Virus record (IMG/VR): IMGVR_UViG_3300035181_000357
Span: 62,001 to 126,000 of that record
DNA: 64,000 bases
Direction: 5' to 3' (one strand)
Made by a program: the position numbers and the translations under genes. Under the pieces are notes generated by a model. The model made no database searches, was not told the origin of the DNA, and saw only the letters and a program-made list of their open reading frames with translations. Every line of letters starts with the position of its first letter. The first letter of the stretch is position 1. This document shows, piece by piece, positions 30,285-40,045 of this stretch.

Positions 30285-30345
30285 GTTTTCTCCTCAAGAA
30301 AGCCCGACGTGGGCACCTGCATTTATTGAACTATCTTACCAAGGA

Positions 30346-30696
30346 TTACTTGGCTCGAACAATTCTACTTACGATTCCTCGATCCTTCAACATGCGGACG
30401 CATGTCTCAGCAGCGGATAGATCACCAGTGAAGAAATGGTTATCCACCAGTGCCATTCCATTCTCTCGACCATCGATCAGATCCTTAGATCTCTTAAGGC
30501 CGAGAGTCTCACCAGGGTAAAACCCTGTATATACCTCACGGAGATCCTTGATGGCCTGAAGCTTGTTAGGGCCATCGAAAGGATCGATGACCACAGACAC
30601 TCTTGGGTTTTCTTGGCCGACTGGCTCACCAGGACCATCGATCTTCCCAGTGGACATGGTTAGAGTCCATCCAAAGATTTCGAGGTTAAATTTCAT
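30346..30696 (-). CDS. Ribosomal protein bL12 (L7/L12) C-terminal-domain-like protein
   Basis: GPNKLQAIKDLRE...LGLKRSKDLIDG...AETCVRMLKDRG aligns by eye with bL12 GANKVAVIKAVR..LGLKEAKDLVES..AEALKKALEEAG. Confidence 0.7.
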   Translation of the reverse strand: MKFNLEIFGWTLTMSTGKIDGPGEPVGQENPRVSVVIDPFDGPNKLQAIKDLREVYTGFYPGETLGLKRSKDLIDGRENGMALVDNHFFTGDLSAAETCVRMLKDRGIVSRIVRAK

Positions 30697-30883
30697 TGAA
30701 AAACTCCTTATCTTCAGAGGTCTGGATCAAGGCATTAATCCCAACCTTCAAACGTTCTGAAACAGTCCCAGTCCATACTCCTGGAGTAGTTGGGAACATT
30801 GAGGCGAGTCTGTTGGCGATCTCATAACACTTAATGAAATCAGCTCGAACTTCATTCAGTTCCTGAATTGTCGGTTCTGACAT
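30686..30883 (-). CDS. Small hypothetical protein
   Basis: GGAGGT RBS. Confidence 0.65.
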   Translation of the reverse strand: MSEPTIQELNEVRADFIKCYEIANRLASMFPTTPGVWTGTVSERLKVGINALIQTSEDKEFFNEI

Positions 30884-30901
30884 GCTACCTCCATCAACCT
30901 G

Positions 30902-31138
30902 TTACCTGTCTTTTTCTGAATCAGACAACAGAGCGAAGCCTATACCATTCTTTCTCAGGGTATCCAGGGCGAGATCATTGACCATTCGCACGTTGAATCC
31001 CCTGGAATTGGCTACAGAAGCCATTTCAGCACCTTCAGGCATCTTAATCTTTGCAGGATAAGAGCCATAGGGGAACTTGTTGGACTCCGAAAACAGCTCC
31101 AGAAACAGTCTATAGTCCTGGATTGCGATGGTTTTCAT
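30902..31138 (-). CDS. Small hypothetical protein
   Basis: GGAGG RBS. Confidence 0.65.
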   Translation of the reverse strand: MKTIAIQDYRLFLELFSESNKFPYGSYPAKIKMPEGAEMASVANSRGFNVRMVNDLALDTLRKNGIGFALLSDSEKDR

Positions 31139-31188
31139 AGAGCCTCCAGACTAGATTACTTGGTTATCGACCCAGTGAGTAACTTTTT

Positions 31189-31938
31189 TTAAGACCAGAT
31201 AACACCTAACTTAATGAGTGTCTGGTATTGATCACAAGATCCTGATTTCCATAGACTTAATGCTTTTACCGTCTTAAGAACTACTGAGTTATTGAATTTA
31301 CATGACTTAAGCCATTTGAACTTAGAACTGCTACATCCAGTGGACTTAGCTTTTTGCCATTCATCTGTCTGGCTATAGATAAACCAGGTCATCTCTTGAT
31401 ATAGATACTCGAGCCTGCGCGTTACATTATCCCCGGTATGGATCCAGGTAAAAGGGTGTTCCCATAGATTGGTTTTCTTATAATAAATTTTGGTGTCAGA
31501 CAATGTCCACATAGTGTCATACAAGAGAGTCTCAAGGTCATCACGGTCTCTATATGCCACGAAATCACCAAGTGAATCCATTGTCTTCTTGTCGAGTTCC
31601 TGATGAAGTGAACTAGCAGCCTTACGAAGAATACAATTTAATGCGGCAGACCTCTTGGTCACAGGTTTGTTAGACCAGATTGTTATTCTACTTACTGTAT
31701 CTTCAGATACATCTAGGAGATCCCGATCCAGAACTAGTATTGTATTGTCTTTGATCTTGAATATATCTTCATCCACTAACTTGGTATCACAGGTTTCTAT
31801 AGTCTGAGGACCATGATGAACTTCCAATTCTTTCTTTAGAAATTCTACCTGTAACTCATTTGATCCAACTACCAAATTTCTAGACTTTGGATGTTTCCTA
31901 TCTAGAATCAGTGGTATCTGTGGGTAATCTCTTATCAT
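31189..31938 (-). CDS. Hypothetical protein
   Basis: 249 aa ORF overlapping HAD gene stop (ATGA). Confidence 0.55.
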   Translation of the reverse strand: MIRDYPQIPLILDRKHPKSRNLVVGSNELQVEFLKKELEVHHGPQTIETCDTKLVDEDIFKIKDNTILVLDRDLLDVSEDTVSRITIWSNKPVTKRSAALNCILRKAASSLHQELDKKTMDSLGDFVAYRDRDDLETLLYDTMWTLSDTKIYYKKTNLWEHPFTWIHTGDNVTRRLEYLYQEMTWFIYSQTDEWQKAKSTGCSSSKFKWLKSCKFNNSVVLKTVKALSLWKSGSCDQYQTLIKLGVIWS

Positions 31939-32837
31939 TCACTTCTCTTGGTCCAGGAATGCACAAAGGATGGCACCTTCTTTAGATACTGTTCTCTAGT
32001 ATCCTGTACTTCCTTTTCCTTGATTCGCAGAATCTCATTCGAGATCATTTTAGCTCGTTCTAACAACCAGATTCCTGTAGTATGATCGAGATTGTAATTA
32101 GCAACCCCAATCCCACTGAGACGACCATCCTGTCTAATGGTTTCGAGTTGATCTAACTGGGCTGGCTCAAGAGGATTGAAGACTCCCCAGGTATCACCAC
32201 CCTTACCTTTGACCAGATTGAAGGCCGGAATGTCTGAAGCACCATCCCCAACATACACCATATGCTTATAACTAATCCTTCGATCTGTCGTACCAACTGG
32301 TGGGAAATAATCAAAGCCCAGGACATTACAACCTCTAGCTAACCAATCGATGATGTTACACTTATGAACTGCTGAAACAGTATTCTGAATGTTCCAGATC
32401 GGATAGGATCTGTCAAACTCACAAGAGTATACACCACTACAGAAATCATAGATAGGAGTTCCTTTTATGACTTCCTTCAAACCAGAACTTACGATATATA
32501 CTTCTATGTACTTGATTTCTCGCAACTTCTTAAATAACTCTACCACACCAGGATACAAGGGGACTTGTAGCCCAATGTCTTCGAGATCCAGATCCTTAAA
32601 TCCAGGAAGATCTAGGAGAGAGTACATATAGGCGAGTTCAAAATTAGGTGTAGTATTAAGTTTGGACGCTGTCTCCAGGGCTCGTCCATTTGTTTCTGTC
32701 CAGAACTTCTTCTCATCCACATTCAAGGCCTTAAAGATAGGTGCCTGCATATAAAGAGGAGACAGAGTCTTATCAAAATCGAAAATAAATGCACCAACCT
32801 GGTTACCTCCCCAGATCGGCTTCTGTTCTAACGTCAT
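31935..32837 (-). CDS. HAD-superfamily hydrolase/phosphatase
   Basis: FDFDKTL (motif I), IVSSG (II), YVGDGASD (IV). Confidence 0.85.
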   Translation of the reverse strand: MTLEQKPIWGGNQVGAFIFDFDKTLSPLYMQAPIFKALNVDEKKFWTETNGRALETASKLNTTPNFELAYMYSLLDLPGFKDLDLEDIGLQVPLYPGVVELFKKLREIKYIEVYIVSSGLKEVIKGTPIYDFCSGVYSCEFDRSYPIWNIQNTVSAVHKCNIIDWLARGCNVLGFDYFPPVGTTDRRISYKHMVYVGDGASDIPAFNLVKGKGGDTWGVFNPLEPAQLDQLETIRQDGRLSGIGVANYNLDHTTGIWLLERAKMISNEILRIKEKEVQDTREQYLKKVPSFVHSWTKRSE

Positions 32838-33800
32838 TTAGTGCCTCCCTATCCAATATATAACAAGTATAATTGGGACGAATACGACCAGCCAATGTAT
32901 GAGTCCTGCTCCATCCCCCTTTAACTGATTCTCTAGCTCTTTCTTTCGTTCTTTCCTTGCTTTTTCCTCAAAGAAAATCTTATCCGAATTCCCTTTAGAG
33001 GGATACGACCCATGATACCTAGTTTTCCAGGCTCTTTCGAGATCTTCTACTAACCTGTCTCTGATTTCTTTGCCTGTTTGTACCGAATTGATGAGAATTA
33101 GGTGGGGAGTGCACATATCAGTTACGAGTCTATCTAGCAACTCATAGTTTCCGATGTTTTGATCATATAATTTCGAAGATTTCGACTCTCGTTCGATTAT
33201 ACAGCCAGCAAGCCAGCCTAAGCTAGTCCCCAACTGTATGACTAACTGTTCTAACAGATATGAACCAGATTCAAAGAAACCGAACATTCTTTTAACGAGA
33301 TACTGATAGAACTCATAATCTTCCATCTTAGAAAGATTACCTTCTGGAGTATCTATGTACCTAAAATTACGAGCAGCAGACAAGAGAGATACGAACATCT
33401 TATAGGTTGATTCATCATCTTTTGGTGCTGCTTCTAACGCTTGGTCGAGGCGTTTGAATCTATCGAACTCCTCAAACATCTGGGATGTTGGTGATCGATC
33501 CCTGCCTATCTGTCTCCAGCCTTGCTTGAGGTGGAGTAGGAGATCCCAATACGCCACTTCCGGTGAACTATGAAAGGTCTTAAGTAGAGGACAGAGATTG
33601 ATCCATGCCTCTTCATAATCATTCTTTTTATCGTAGAATTCTACCCAAAAGAAATTGTTACCGAGATGTGTTCCTACCATATTATGGTAGAATCTAGAAT
33701 CACAGCTCGTACATCTCAGAAATCCTGAGTATACTTTTAGATCTGAACTACCACAAGAAGAACAAACGAGTTTTTCCATGACTACACCTTTCGTAGTCAA
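32838..33800 (-). CDS. Zinc-ribbon protein with C-terminal transmembrane helix
   Basis: CSSCG...CTSC; C-terminal LIHWLVVFVPIILVIYWIG. Confidence 0.6.
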   Translation of the reverse strand: MTTKGVVMEKLVCSSCGSSDLKVYSGFLRCTSCDSRFYHNMVGTHLGNNFFWVEFYDKKNDYEEAWINLCPLLKTFHSSPEVAYWDLLLHLKQGWRQIGRDRSPTSQMFEEFDRFKRLDQALEAAPKDDESTYKMFVSLLSAARNFRYIDTPEGNLSKMEDYEFYQYLVKRMFGFFESGSYLLEQLVIQLGTSLGWLAGCIIERESKSSKLYDQNIGNYELLDRLVTDMCTPHLILINSVQTGKEIRDRLVEDLERAWKTRYHGSYPSKGNSDKIFFEEKARKERKKELENQLKGDGAGLIHWLVVFVPIILVIYWIGRH

Positions 33801-33807
33801 TTACCCT

Positions 33808-34503
33808 TTATTCTTCAGATTTAGGTAAGTTCTCTGCAGCGTTTTGAATCTGACTGTGTTCCATAATGTTAATCACTGCATCTACAGCAGCTAGATGATT
33901 AATAGTTCCTAGACCAACCTGGGTGATCTGAACACTATCGTTACCAGCTTTTTCTACTAACTCATTGGCTAACAAGGCCCGGATAAGAATAGTTATTGCT
34001 ATTGTTACTATCTTTTTCTTTTCATCTGCTGGGAACAACAAGACATTACCTGCTTCATCCCGCTTATCTATTGACAGAAAATGATCAACGGCAGCATATA
34101 ATGACTCCTCTTTAGGATCAGCAATCTCTGTCAAAGCGAGATAGGTTAGTGCACTGGCCGAATCACCATCGATCCCAGGAAGAATCCGTACGATCGCTCC
34201 TGTGGTAGTAGCACCTAGAATGTGTGCAACCTTGAAAGATGATCCAATATCATACATATCCTGGAGTGTTGGATCATTGAGGTGTTGTAGGATCGTAGGA
34301 GCTAGTGCTTTCTCTTTAAGAATAGCACAGACTCTTAGCCTAACAGCCTCTAGGGATTCTTTAGAAGGATTACCATCTAGACCCAGTATCATAGGACCAG
34401 AACTGATTCTACGAATCTCGTCACCAATATTCTTGATGCTATCTTTGAAGATATTGATAATCGTAGTTACTTTTTCTTTGGGTAGAGTTAGAGTAGGTTC
34501 CAT
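33808..34503 (-). CDS. Hypothetical protein
   Basis: 231 aa, GGAG RBS. Confidence 0.6.
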   Translation of the reverse strand: MEPTLTLPKEKVTTIINIFKDSIKNIGDEIRRISSGPMILGLDGNPSKESLEAVRLRVCAILKEKALAPTILQHLNDPTLQDMYDIGSSFKVAHILGATTTGAIVRILPGIDGDSASALTYLALTEIADPKEESLYAAVDHFLSIDKRDEAGNVLLFPADEKKKIVTIAITILIRALLANELVEKAGNDSVQITQVGLGTINHLAAVDAVINIMEHSQIQNAAENLPKSEE

Positions 34504-34525
34504 GTATTCTCCAAGTCAATGATAC

Positions 34526-34834
34526 TTAAATCGCTTGGAGATTCTTCAATCTAGCTCGTACGAAATTGATAACCCTGCCTGGAGTATCAAAGACATCATA
34601 TACAGATCCAACCCTGGAAAAGAAATAATCGTCAGAATATATAGATACTATCCAAGATTGGTTACCAATCAACCCATCTATCCTGAGATTTGGAATTCCT
34701 CGTTTAGATGTAGACCATGAGATAATGAATTCGTCTCCAACATGTTCAGATATCATGTCTAGAGTACGAATTATCATCGCTTCAGAAGGTCCTTTAGACC
34801 TTCCTAGGTGATTAGCTAACCTTCCCCTTAACAT
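34526..34834 (-). CDS. Hypothetical protein
   Basis: 102 aa ORF in operon. Confidence 0.5.
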   Translation of the reverse strand: MLRGRLANHLGRSKGPSEAMIIRTLDMISEHVGDEFIISWSTSKRGIPNLRIDGLIGNQSWIVSIYSDDYFFSRVGSVYDVFDTPGRVINFVRARLKNLQAI

Positions 34835-35360
34835 TATCTCTTATCTCACTAAGCTCTTCAGTATGACTTAACATTAGTAAATTGTCATCAGGACAGATAG
34901 TTCTTTTCTTCATAGAACATGACATCTCAATGGTCTTCGGTAGTCCGATGTGGGCAAATACACATACAGATTTATACATGTCGAAAATGTCATCAGATGA
35001 TAAGAATTTGTGATTATAATTTAATATTAATCTCGCATCCACTTTTCTGGTTTGAAATCCATATTCTGTGTCTTTACTAGATACCAAGATTGCAGTACAT
35101 AGATAGGCTCCAGGAAATTCTTTAGCCATCTCAAACACGAATTCTGTAAGATTATATTCTTTAGAGAGTGGGTCACGAAGGAGTTGAGTGTAGGCTTCTA
35201 CATAATCTGTGTCAACGACAGTGGCATATTGAACTCTCTGCTCTTTCCACTTGTGGTGTACGAACGAGGTTTTCCGATAACTCGGACCAACTCTCGCGAG
35301 AGAATCGATTACATTTAATGTTTTAAGATTATGACTGCTCATATTTAACTCAAATCTCAC
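34812..35360 (-). CDS. Hypothetical protein
   Basis: 182 aa ORF in operon. Confidence 0.55.
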   Translation of the reverse strand: MRFELNMSSHNLKTLNVIDSLARVGPSYRKTSFVHHKWKEQRVQYATVVDTDYVEAYTQLLRDPLSKEYNLTEFVFEMAKEFPGAYLCTAILVSSKDTEYGFQTRKVDARLILNYNHKFLSSDDIFDMYKSVCVFAHIGLPKTIEMSCSMKKRTICPDDNLLMLSHTEELSEIRDNVKGKVS

Positions 35361-35451
35361 TTATAGATTATAAAAACTCAAAGATCCTCATAGGTAAGAA
35401 GAGTCTAGAAGCTTGGAAAGTTCGTAAAAGCAGAAAAGAAGAGACTAAGTA

Positions 35452-36933
35452 CTAAAGATCCTCTATGATGTCATCCACGATTCTATCATCTTTTGAATGT
35501 CTTCTTAAGTTAGATACATACCCAACAGCACAATTGATGGCGTTCTTATGGGGTTTAATTACATCTGATCGTCGAGACTTGGCCGTACCCATAACAATCT
35601 GCCCATCAGCCATCAAATCATCGTCTAGGAATACATACAACATAGTATCTACAGACTTGTCGAACTCGGAGTACATGTACACACCTGACATGTCCCAACG
35701 ACCTTCATTCTTAGCTGCCTCATCATATCCATCTCTATTTCCCTGAACAGGAGTGAGGACCAGGATCCCCTCTCCACCACGGAAGTTGAGGGCAAACCGC
35801 TTGGCATCCTTGATATTAGCTTCATGCTTTTCTTTGTCACTACCCCAACCACTTGTGTCACAGATAGTCAGGTAGTCGAGAAGGAAGATATCGATCGGGG
35901 TTATTCTATCGGTTACTTCTGCGATAGTCTTGATAGCCTCGAAAGTCATACCTTCTGTTGGTTGCCTGATTATGATCTTGCCTGGAAGATTTTCGAGATC
36001 TGGAAGGACTTCATTGAATAAGAAATCTTCTTCGGCCTTGGTCATCAGACCATCTTCAAAAGACTTTGTTGTGATACTGAATTGTTGTCCCCACTTAGGA
36101 TGGTGGGAGTGGATTATAGCATAGTAATATAATTCTTCTTCAAATTTCTGTTCAAGAGAAACGTGAAGAGTGTTGAATCCCATCAACGCTGCATTGTATA
36201 CCCAGGATCTACAGAAGCTCGTCTTTCTTTGTCCAGCAAACCCTAGGACACCGACCAATTGACCTTTCTTAAAGCTGATCATCTCGTCGATTGTATCAAT
36301 CCCACATTTGATCTTCTTTTTATTTGAGTCTTGTCTTTTCACAGATTCGTAGTAGTCTTTTAGGAACTGTGTTGACTCTTGTACAGATCCATGGGTCTTC
36401 GTATCAGAAGTTACAACACCACCAGCATCGAGTTTCTGGATAAAATACCGGATAGCATCATCCGGTCCCTTGAGATTTTCTGTTACTTTACCACGCCGGA
36501 CTTCAACCCCTACAGAATTGATAACCTTAACATTTGTGACCAATTCATCGAGTCTATATCTCTTGGCTTCTTCAGCTTTTCTATTTAGAAGAGCACCGAG
36601 ATCTTCTTGGGCATGTTGTCTCAAGCCATCTTTGAGACCCTTGTATTCATTTAGAGCATCTTCAACTTCTGGTGCTGGATTTGAATCCAACCAGTCTTCA
36701 ATGATGTCTAGAGATGGTGCTTCTTGATTGGTAATCCAATGATCATGAATAATCCCAAGAAGGGTTGGTTCCACTCCGAGCAATACATTCTTAAGAATGC
36801 TGATCTCAGATGTGAGCCACATACAAGCATTTCTAGCTTTGTTGGCTTCATCAATACCACTCTGTCTTAAGAAGCTGTGAAATAAGCTCCAGAATGTTGT
36901 AGTGATCTGATAGTTACGATCTTTACTTGCCAT
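35452..36933 (-). CDS. dnaB: Replicative DnaB-like helicase
   Basis: GIDTIDE, Walker A-like GFAGQRKT, HVSLE, LDYL, QGNR, DKSVD, AKSR. Confidence 0.85.
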   Translation of the reverse strand: MASKDRNYQITTTFWSLFHSFLRQSGIDEANKARNACMWLTSEISILKNVLLGVEPTLLGIIHDHWITNQEAPSLDIIEDWLDSNPAPEVEDALNEYKGLKDGLRQHAQEDLGALLNRKAEEAKRYRLDELVTNVKVINSVGVEVRRGKVTENLKGPDDAIRYFIQKLDAGGVVTSDTKTHGSVQESTQFLKDYYESVKRQDSNKKKIKCGIDTIDEMISFKKGQLVGVLGFAGQRKTSFCRSWVYNAALMGFNTLHVSLEQKFEEELYYYAIIHSHHPKWGQQFSITTKSFEDGLMTKAEEDFLFNEVLPDLENLPGKIIIRQPTEGMTFEAIKTIAEVTDRITPIDIFLLDYLTICDTSGWGSDKEKHEANIKDAKRFALNFRGGEGILVLTPVQGNRDGYDEAAKNEGRWDMSGVYMYSEFDKSVDTMLYVFLDDDLMADGQIVMGTAKSRRSDVIKPHKNAINCAVGYVSNLRRHSKDDRIVDDIIEDL

Positions 36934-37052
36934 TTAATTCTTCCCTCTTAACTATGATACATGATCGAGTCTTCATCGAATTATAGAACACCTAGAACAG
37001 CAGAACACAATGCTAAAATATCTATTGGACTACAGGGGCAGGTTATCGAAAA

Positions 37053-38657
37053 TTAAGGATGATATACTATTGAATCCATCCACCACTTCGGAAGAATAGA
37101 GTTCGCTTTAGCTAAAAAGAAAGAGAAATCACTATCTAATACATATGTAATGGCATAATCATCACCAGACCTTATCGAACGACCAGTAGCCTGAACCATT
37201 GTTAAAGCTGTCTGCCAAGTATACCAACTCGGGTCTCTAGCCATCCTGGCCTTTATAAATTTGTCGCCCAGGTATGGAAATGGTAATTTGATGATCACTT
37301 GAAACCGACTTAAGTCGTCTTTAAGATCTAATCCCTCTGTCATAGAAGGACTCAACAAAATTGTTGGATCTTCTGAATTTGTGTGATGTATAATCGTCTC
37401 AGTTCTGTCAAAAGAGGAGTGTACTAACAGCCTTGACCCATGTTTTGTGTTCATGAAGTGTTCTTGCACAATCTTCTGAATCTTATAACTCTGGCAATGG
37501 ATAATACCCTTCTCACCTTCATGTTTGGTTAGGATTTTCTCCAGCATCTTGAGCATCTTTGGTATTGTGTGCTCTTGATGTGCCATAGACATCTTACCTG
37601 TGGGATAAAAATGGATCAGCCTGTTCTCTACAGGGAAATCTGATTCAAGCCTGAGGAATCCTGCTTGAGACATATCAATACCTAGATTTCTTGCGAACGT
37701 TTTCTTATCCAGAATGGTTGCAGACATCATTAGAATTCTCTTACCACTATTGAACAAAAGTTCTTCACTGAACATAGCAGCAGTTAGTGGCTTAACAAAA
37801 AGGGATCCAGTCTTCTCGTCTGAGTATACAAACCAATCTTCAGGATTAGTCTCTTTGATCCTTCGAACTTTGCATAGATATTTATCTAGAGCATCGTGCT
37901 TTCTAGATATGGCAATCGCTGCATCTCTGTCATCATGTGATGCCATAGACATCTCTGCTTCTAATCTCTCTTCTTCTATCTTTCCAGCAGGTAAGAATTT
38001 AGACTCCAACCAATCAAATGCTTCCTTGATCTGGCCTTCCTGAAAGAATGGAAGATCTAGATCTAATCCTTCCGCACGAGATCTAGAGATTTCTATATCA
38101 GCAAACCCAAGGATCTCCTTCTCTGCATTGTGGGCCTCGTCTACAATAACAGATTGCCTCTTTCGAAGAGATTTCACATATCTATTATCATTCAAGAAAT
38201 AACTGAAATTTGTAACACCGATTTGACTAGACATGAAGATATTCTTAGCTCTTTTATATGGACAAGCGTACCCACAAGGTTCTCCATATACAGCTTTATT
38301 TAATTTTCCACCACTACTACAGTCGGTCTCCCACTCATCACACCAATAGTTCCCTGCACCCTTGACCTCTACGAGACCTTTCTGTTCAAAGTCACGGAGA
38401 TACTGAGCCTGGAGAGTCTTCTGTGTCGTCAGGATATACCCACCTGGTTGGGTTCCAGGGTCTGTCATTGCGCGACACCAACTGGCCATAGCCCAGGCTA
38501 TACCTGATTTACCGACACCTGTTGGCAACTCTAACAAGATGAATTTCTTATTGAGTTGTTCCGCTTTCATAATAGCTTCTAATGCTCTCTTCTGAGGAGC
38601 ACGGATAGTCTCAAATGGAAAATGGTCTTCGATTTGAAGACTCTGATTATATTCCAT
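37053..38657 (-). CDS. DinG/XPD-family SF2 helicase
   Basis: Q-motif, LPTGVGKS, Cys cluster, DEAH, MSAT, EGLD, QATGRSIRSGDD. Confidence 0.9.
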   Translation of the reverse strand: MEYNQSLQIEDHFPFETIRAPQKRALEAIMKAEQLNKKFILLELPTGVGKSGIAWAMASWCRAMTDPGTQPGGYILTTQKTLQAQYLRDFEQKGLVEVKGAGNYWCDEWETDCSSGGKLNKAVYGEPCGYACPYKRAKNIFMSSQIGVTNFSYFLNDNRYVKSLRKRQSVIVDEAHNAEKEILGFADIEISRSRAEGLDLDLPFFQEGQIKEAFDWLESKFLPAGKIEEERLEAEMSMASHDDRDAAIAISRKHDALDKYLCKVRRIKETNPEDWFVYSDEKTGSLFVKPLTAAMFSEELLFNSGKRILMMSATILDKKTFARNLGIDMSQAGFLRLESDFPVENRLIHFYPTGKMSMAHQEHTIPKMLKMLEKILTKHEGEKGIIHCQSYKIQKIVQEHFMNTKHGSRLLVHSSFDRTETIIHHTNSEDPTILLSPSMTEGLDLKDDLSRFQVIIKLPFPYLGDKFIKARMARDPSWYTWQTALTMVQATGRSIRSGDDYAITYVLDSDFSFFLAKANSILPKWWMDSIVYHP

Positions 38658-39858
38658 CTATCACCTGTTGGAGTCTGGACAGTACCAGATTGTTAAACTG
38701 TTCTCCACCAGAATACTTATGTAATAATCCTCGCTGCCACATTACGAGCTGTTTATAGAGATCAGGATTATCTTCTACAGCCTGGATCTTCAGATGAAGT
38801 TCTGCAGCGGTTTCAACTCTAGTAAAATGATTCTTGGGAATATAATGACCATCTGAGTCCATGTTATGATCTGTGAAGAATACTACATCGTTTCTCCAGA
38901 AGTGGAATAGCTTAGGAGTAGCCCAGCCTGGATGAATTGGAAGAGCGAAGCCATACTTACCTTCAGACAGAGTTCTTTGGTAGAGCTCAGCTCCTTTAAT
39001 AGGACCTAGATATCTTGGATCGTTTTCTTTCTTCTTCCACTCACCATATATCTTCAACTGATCTGGCCCCCAAGGAAGAGGGTCGATTAGTTTAGTGAAT
39101 TGTTTGCTTCTCCAGCTAGTCAGCTCATGTTGAGTGATCGTGAAGAAATCTGCTTTATCCTTTATGGGACCGTCTTTGGGAGGAAGAGCATACTCGTACG
39201 TTCCTAGGAATTCCATATAACCAAACTCGGTCTTAAACTCTAACATCTTTTCCGATTTGTCATGAGCATACCCAGATTTTAGAGAAAGAGTATCCCCATC
39301 CTTGAAGCCTAATGCAATATCTGGTGTCTTAGTAAAGTCCCTACACATAAGAGGGTTTCTAGGATCCATGTAAGTCCAAACCCAAGGCTTGTGTTGGTGA
39401 TATTCGAGAGTGTCTGCATTGGGAGTCCAATATCTCCAGAATCTTGGTAATGCCTTCCCTCTGATATCCTCAGGTTGTTTTAGGATTGGATTTGGAGTGT
39501 CTGTACATGGCCCACCGATGATGAAGATTGCATCAGCAGCTTCTGCGATAGCATGGACTCTCTTTCTCTTCTCATCATCCCAACCTGTGAACACACCATT
39601 CTCATCCAAGTTGATGTACTCTTCATAAGAGTAACGAAGATTACCTGACCATTCTGTCTCCATCTGTTCTTTGGATATTCTAGCTTTTGAAATATAATCA
39701 AATTGGATATCAGGGTTCTTATCACGGAGAGCTCTAAGCATATTTATATTGGGATTCTCCATCCCCTTATCTCTGTCGGGGTCGGCAAATTGTAACACTT
39801 TTCCGATACGCATTATAGCTACTTTATTCAATTTGGCCACTGGTGACACCCTCATCAT
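38647..39858 (-). CDS. GT-B glycosyltransferase, T4 beta-glucosyltransferase-like
   Basis: N-terminal KVAIMRIG, YMDPR, C-terminal WATPKLF...D..MD....RVETAAELHLKIQAVEDNPDLYKQLVMWQRGLL parallels the T4 BGT C-terminus. Confidence 0.6.
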   Translation of the reverse strand: MMRVSPVAKLNKVAIMRIGKVLQFADPDRDKGMENPNINMLRALRDKNPDIQFDYISKARISKEQMETEWSGNLRYSYEEYINLDENGVFTGWDDEKRKRVHAIAEAADAIFIIGGPCTDTPNPILKQPEDIRGKALPRFWRYWTPNADTLEYHQHKPWVWTYMDPRNPLMCRDFTKTPDIALGFKDGDTLSLKSGYAHDKSEKMLEFKTEFGYMEFLGTYEYALPPKDGPIKDKADFFTITQHELTSWRSKQFTKLIDPLPWGPDQLKIYGEWKKKENDPRYLGPIKGAELYQRTLSEGKYGFALPIHPGWATPKLFHFWRNDVVFFTDHNMDSDGHYIPKNHFTRVETAAELHLKIQAVEDNPDLYKQLVMWQRGLLHKYSGGEQFNNLVLSRLQQVIDGI

Positions 39859-39904
39859 GGATTGGAGAATCCTAACTCCTATTTCCCATCATAGAGGTAA
39901 TACT

Positions 39905-40045
39905 TTGATAGAGATAGGGATCTATAGAATACGTCTGGTTATAGATAATAGGATTTATATTGGGAGTACAGGAAATAAGCGAGGTTTTAAAGGAGATTGA
40001 AAAATCAGCTGCTAAAGAAACATGGAGATTGAAGAGAGAATATAA
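39905..40045 (+). pseudogene. Truncated GIY-YIG homing endonuclease relic
   Basis: AGAGGT RBS, TTG start, IGIYRIRLVIDNRIYIGSTGNKRGFKG then TGA at 39998-40000. Confidence 0.75.

Noticed and set aside
31189-31938. DNA polymerase III delta/clamp-loader-like call
   Set aside because: Only a vague impression; no diagnostic motif
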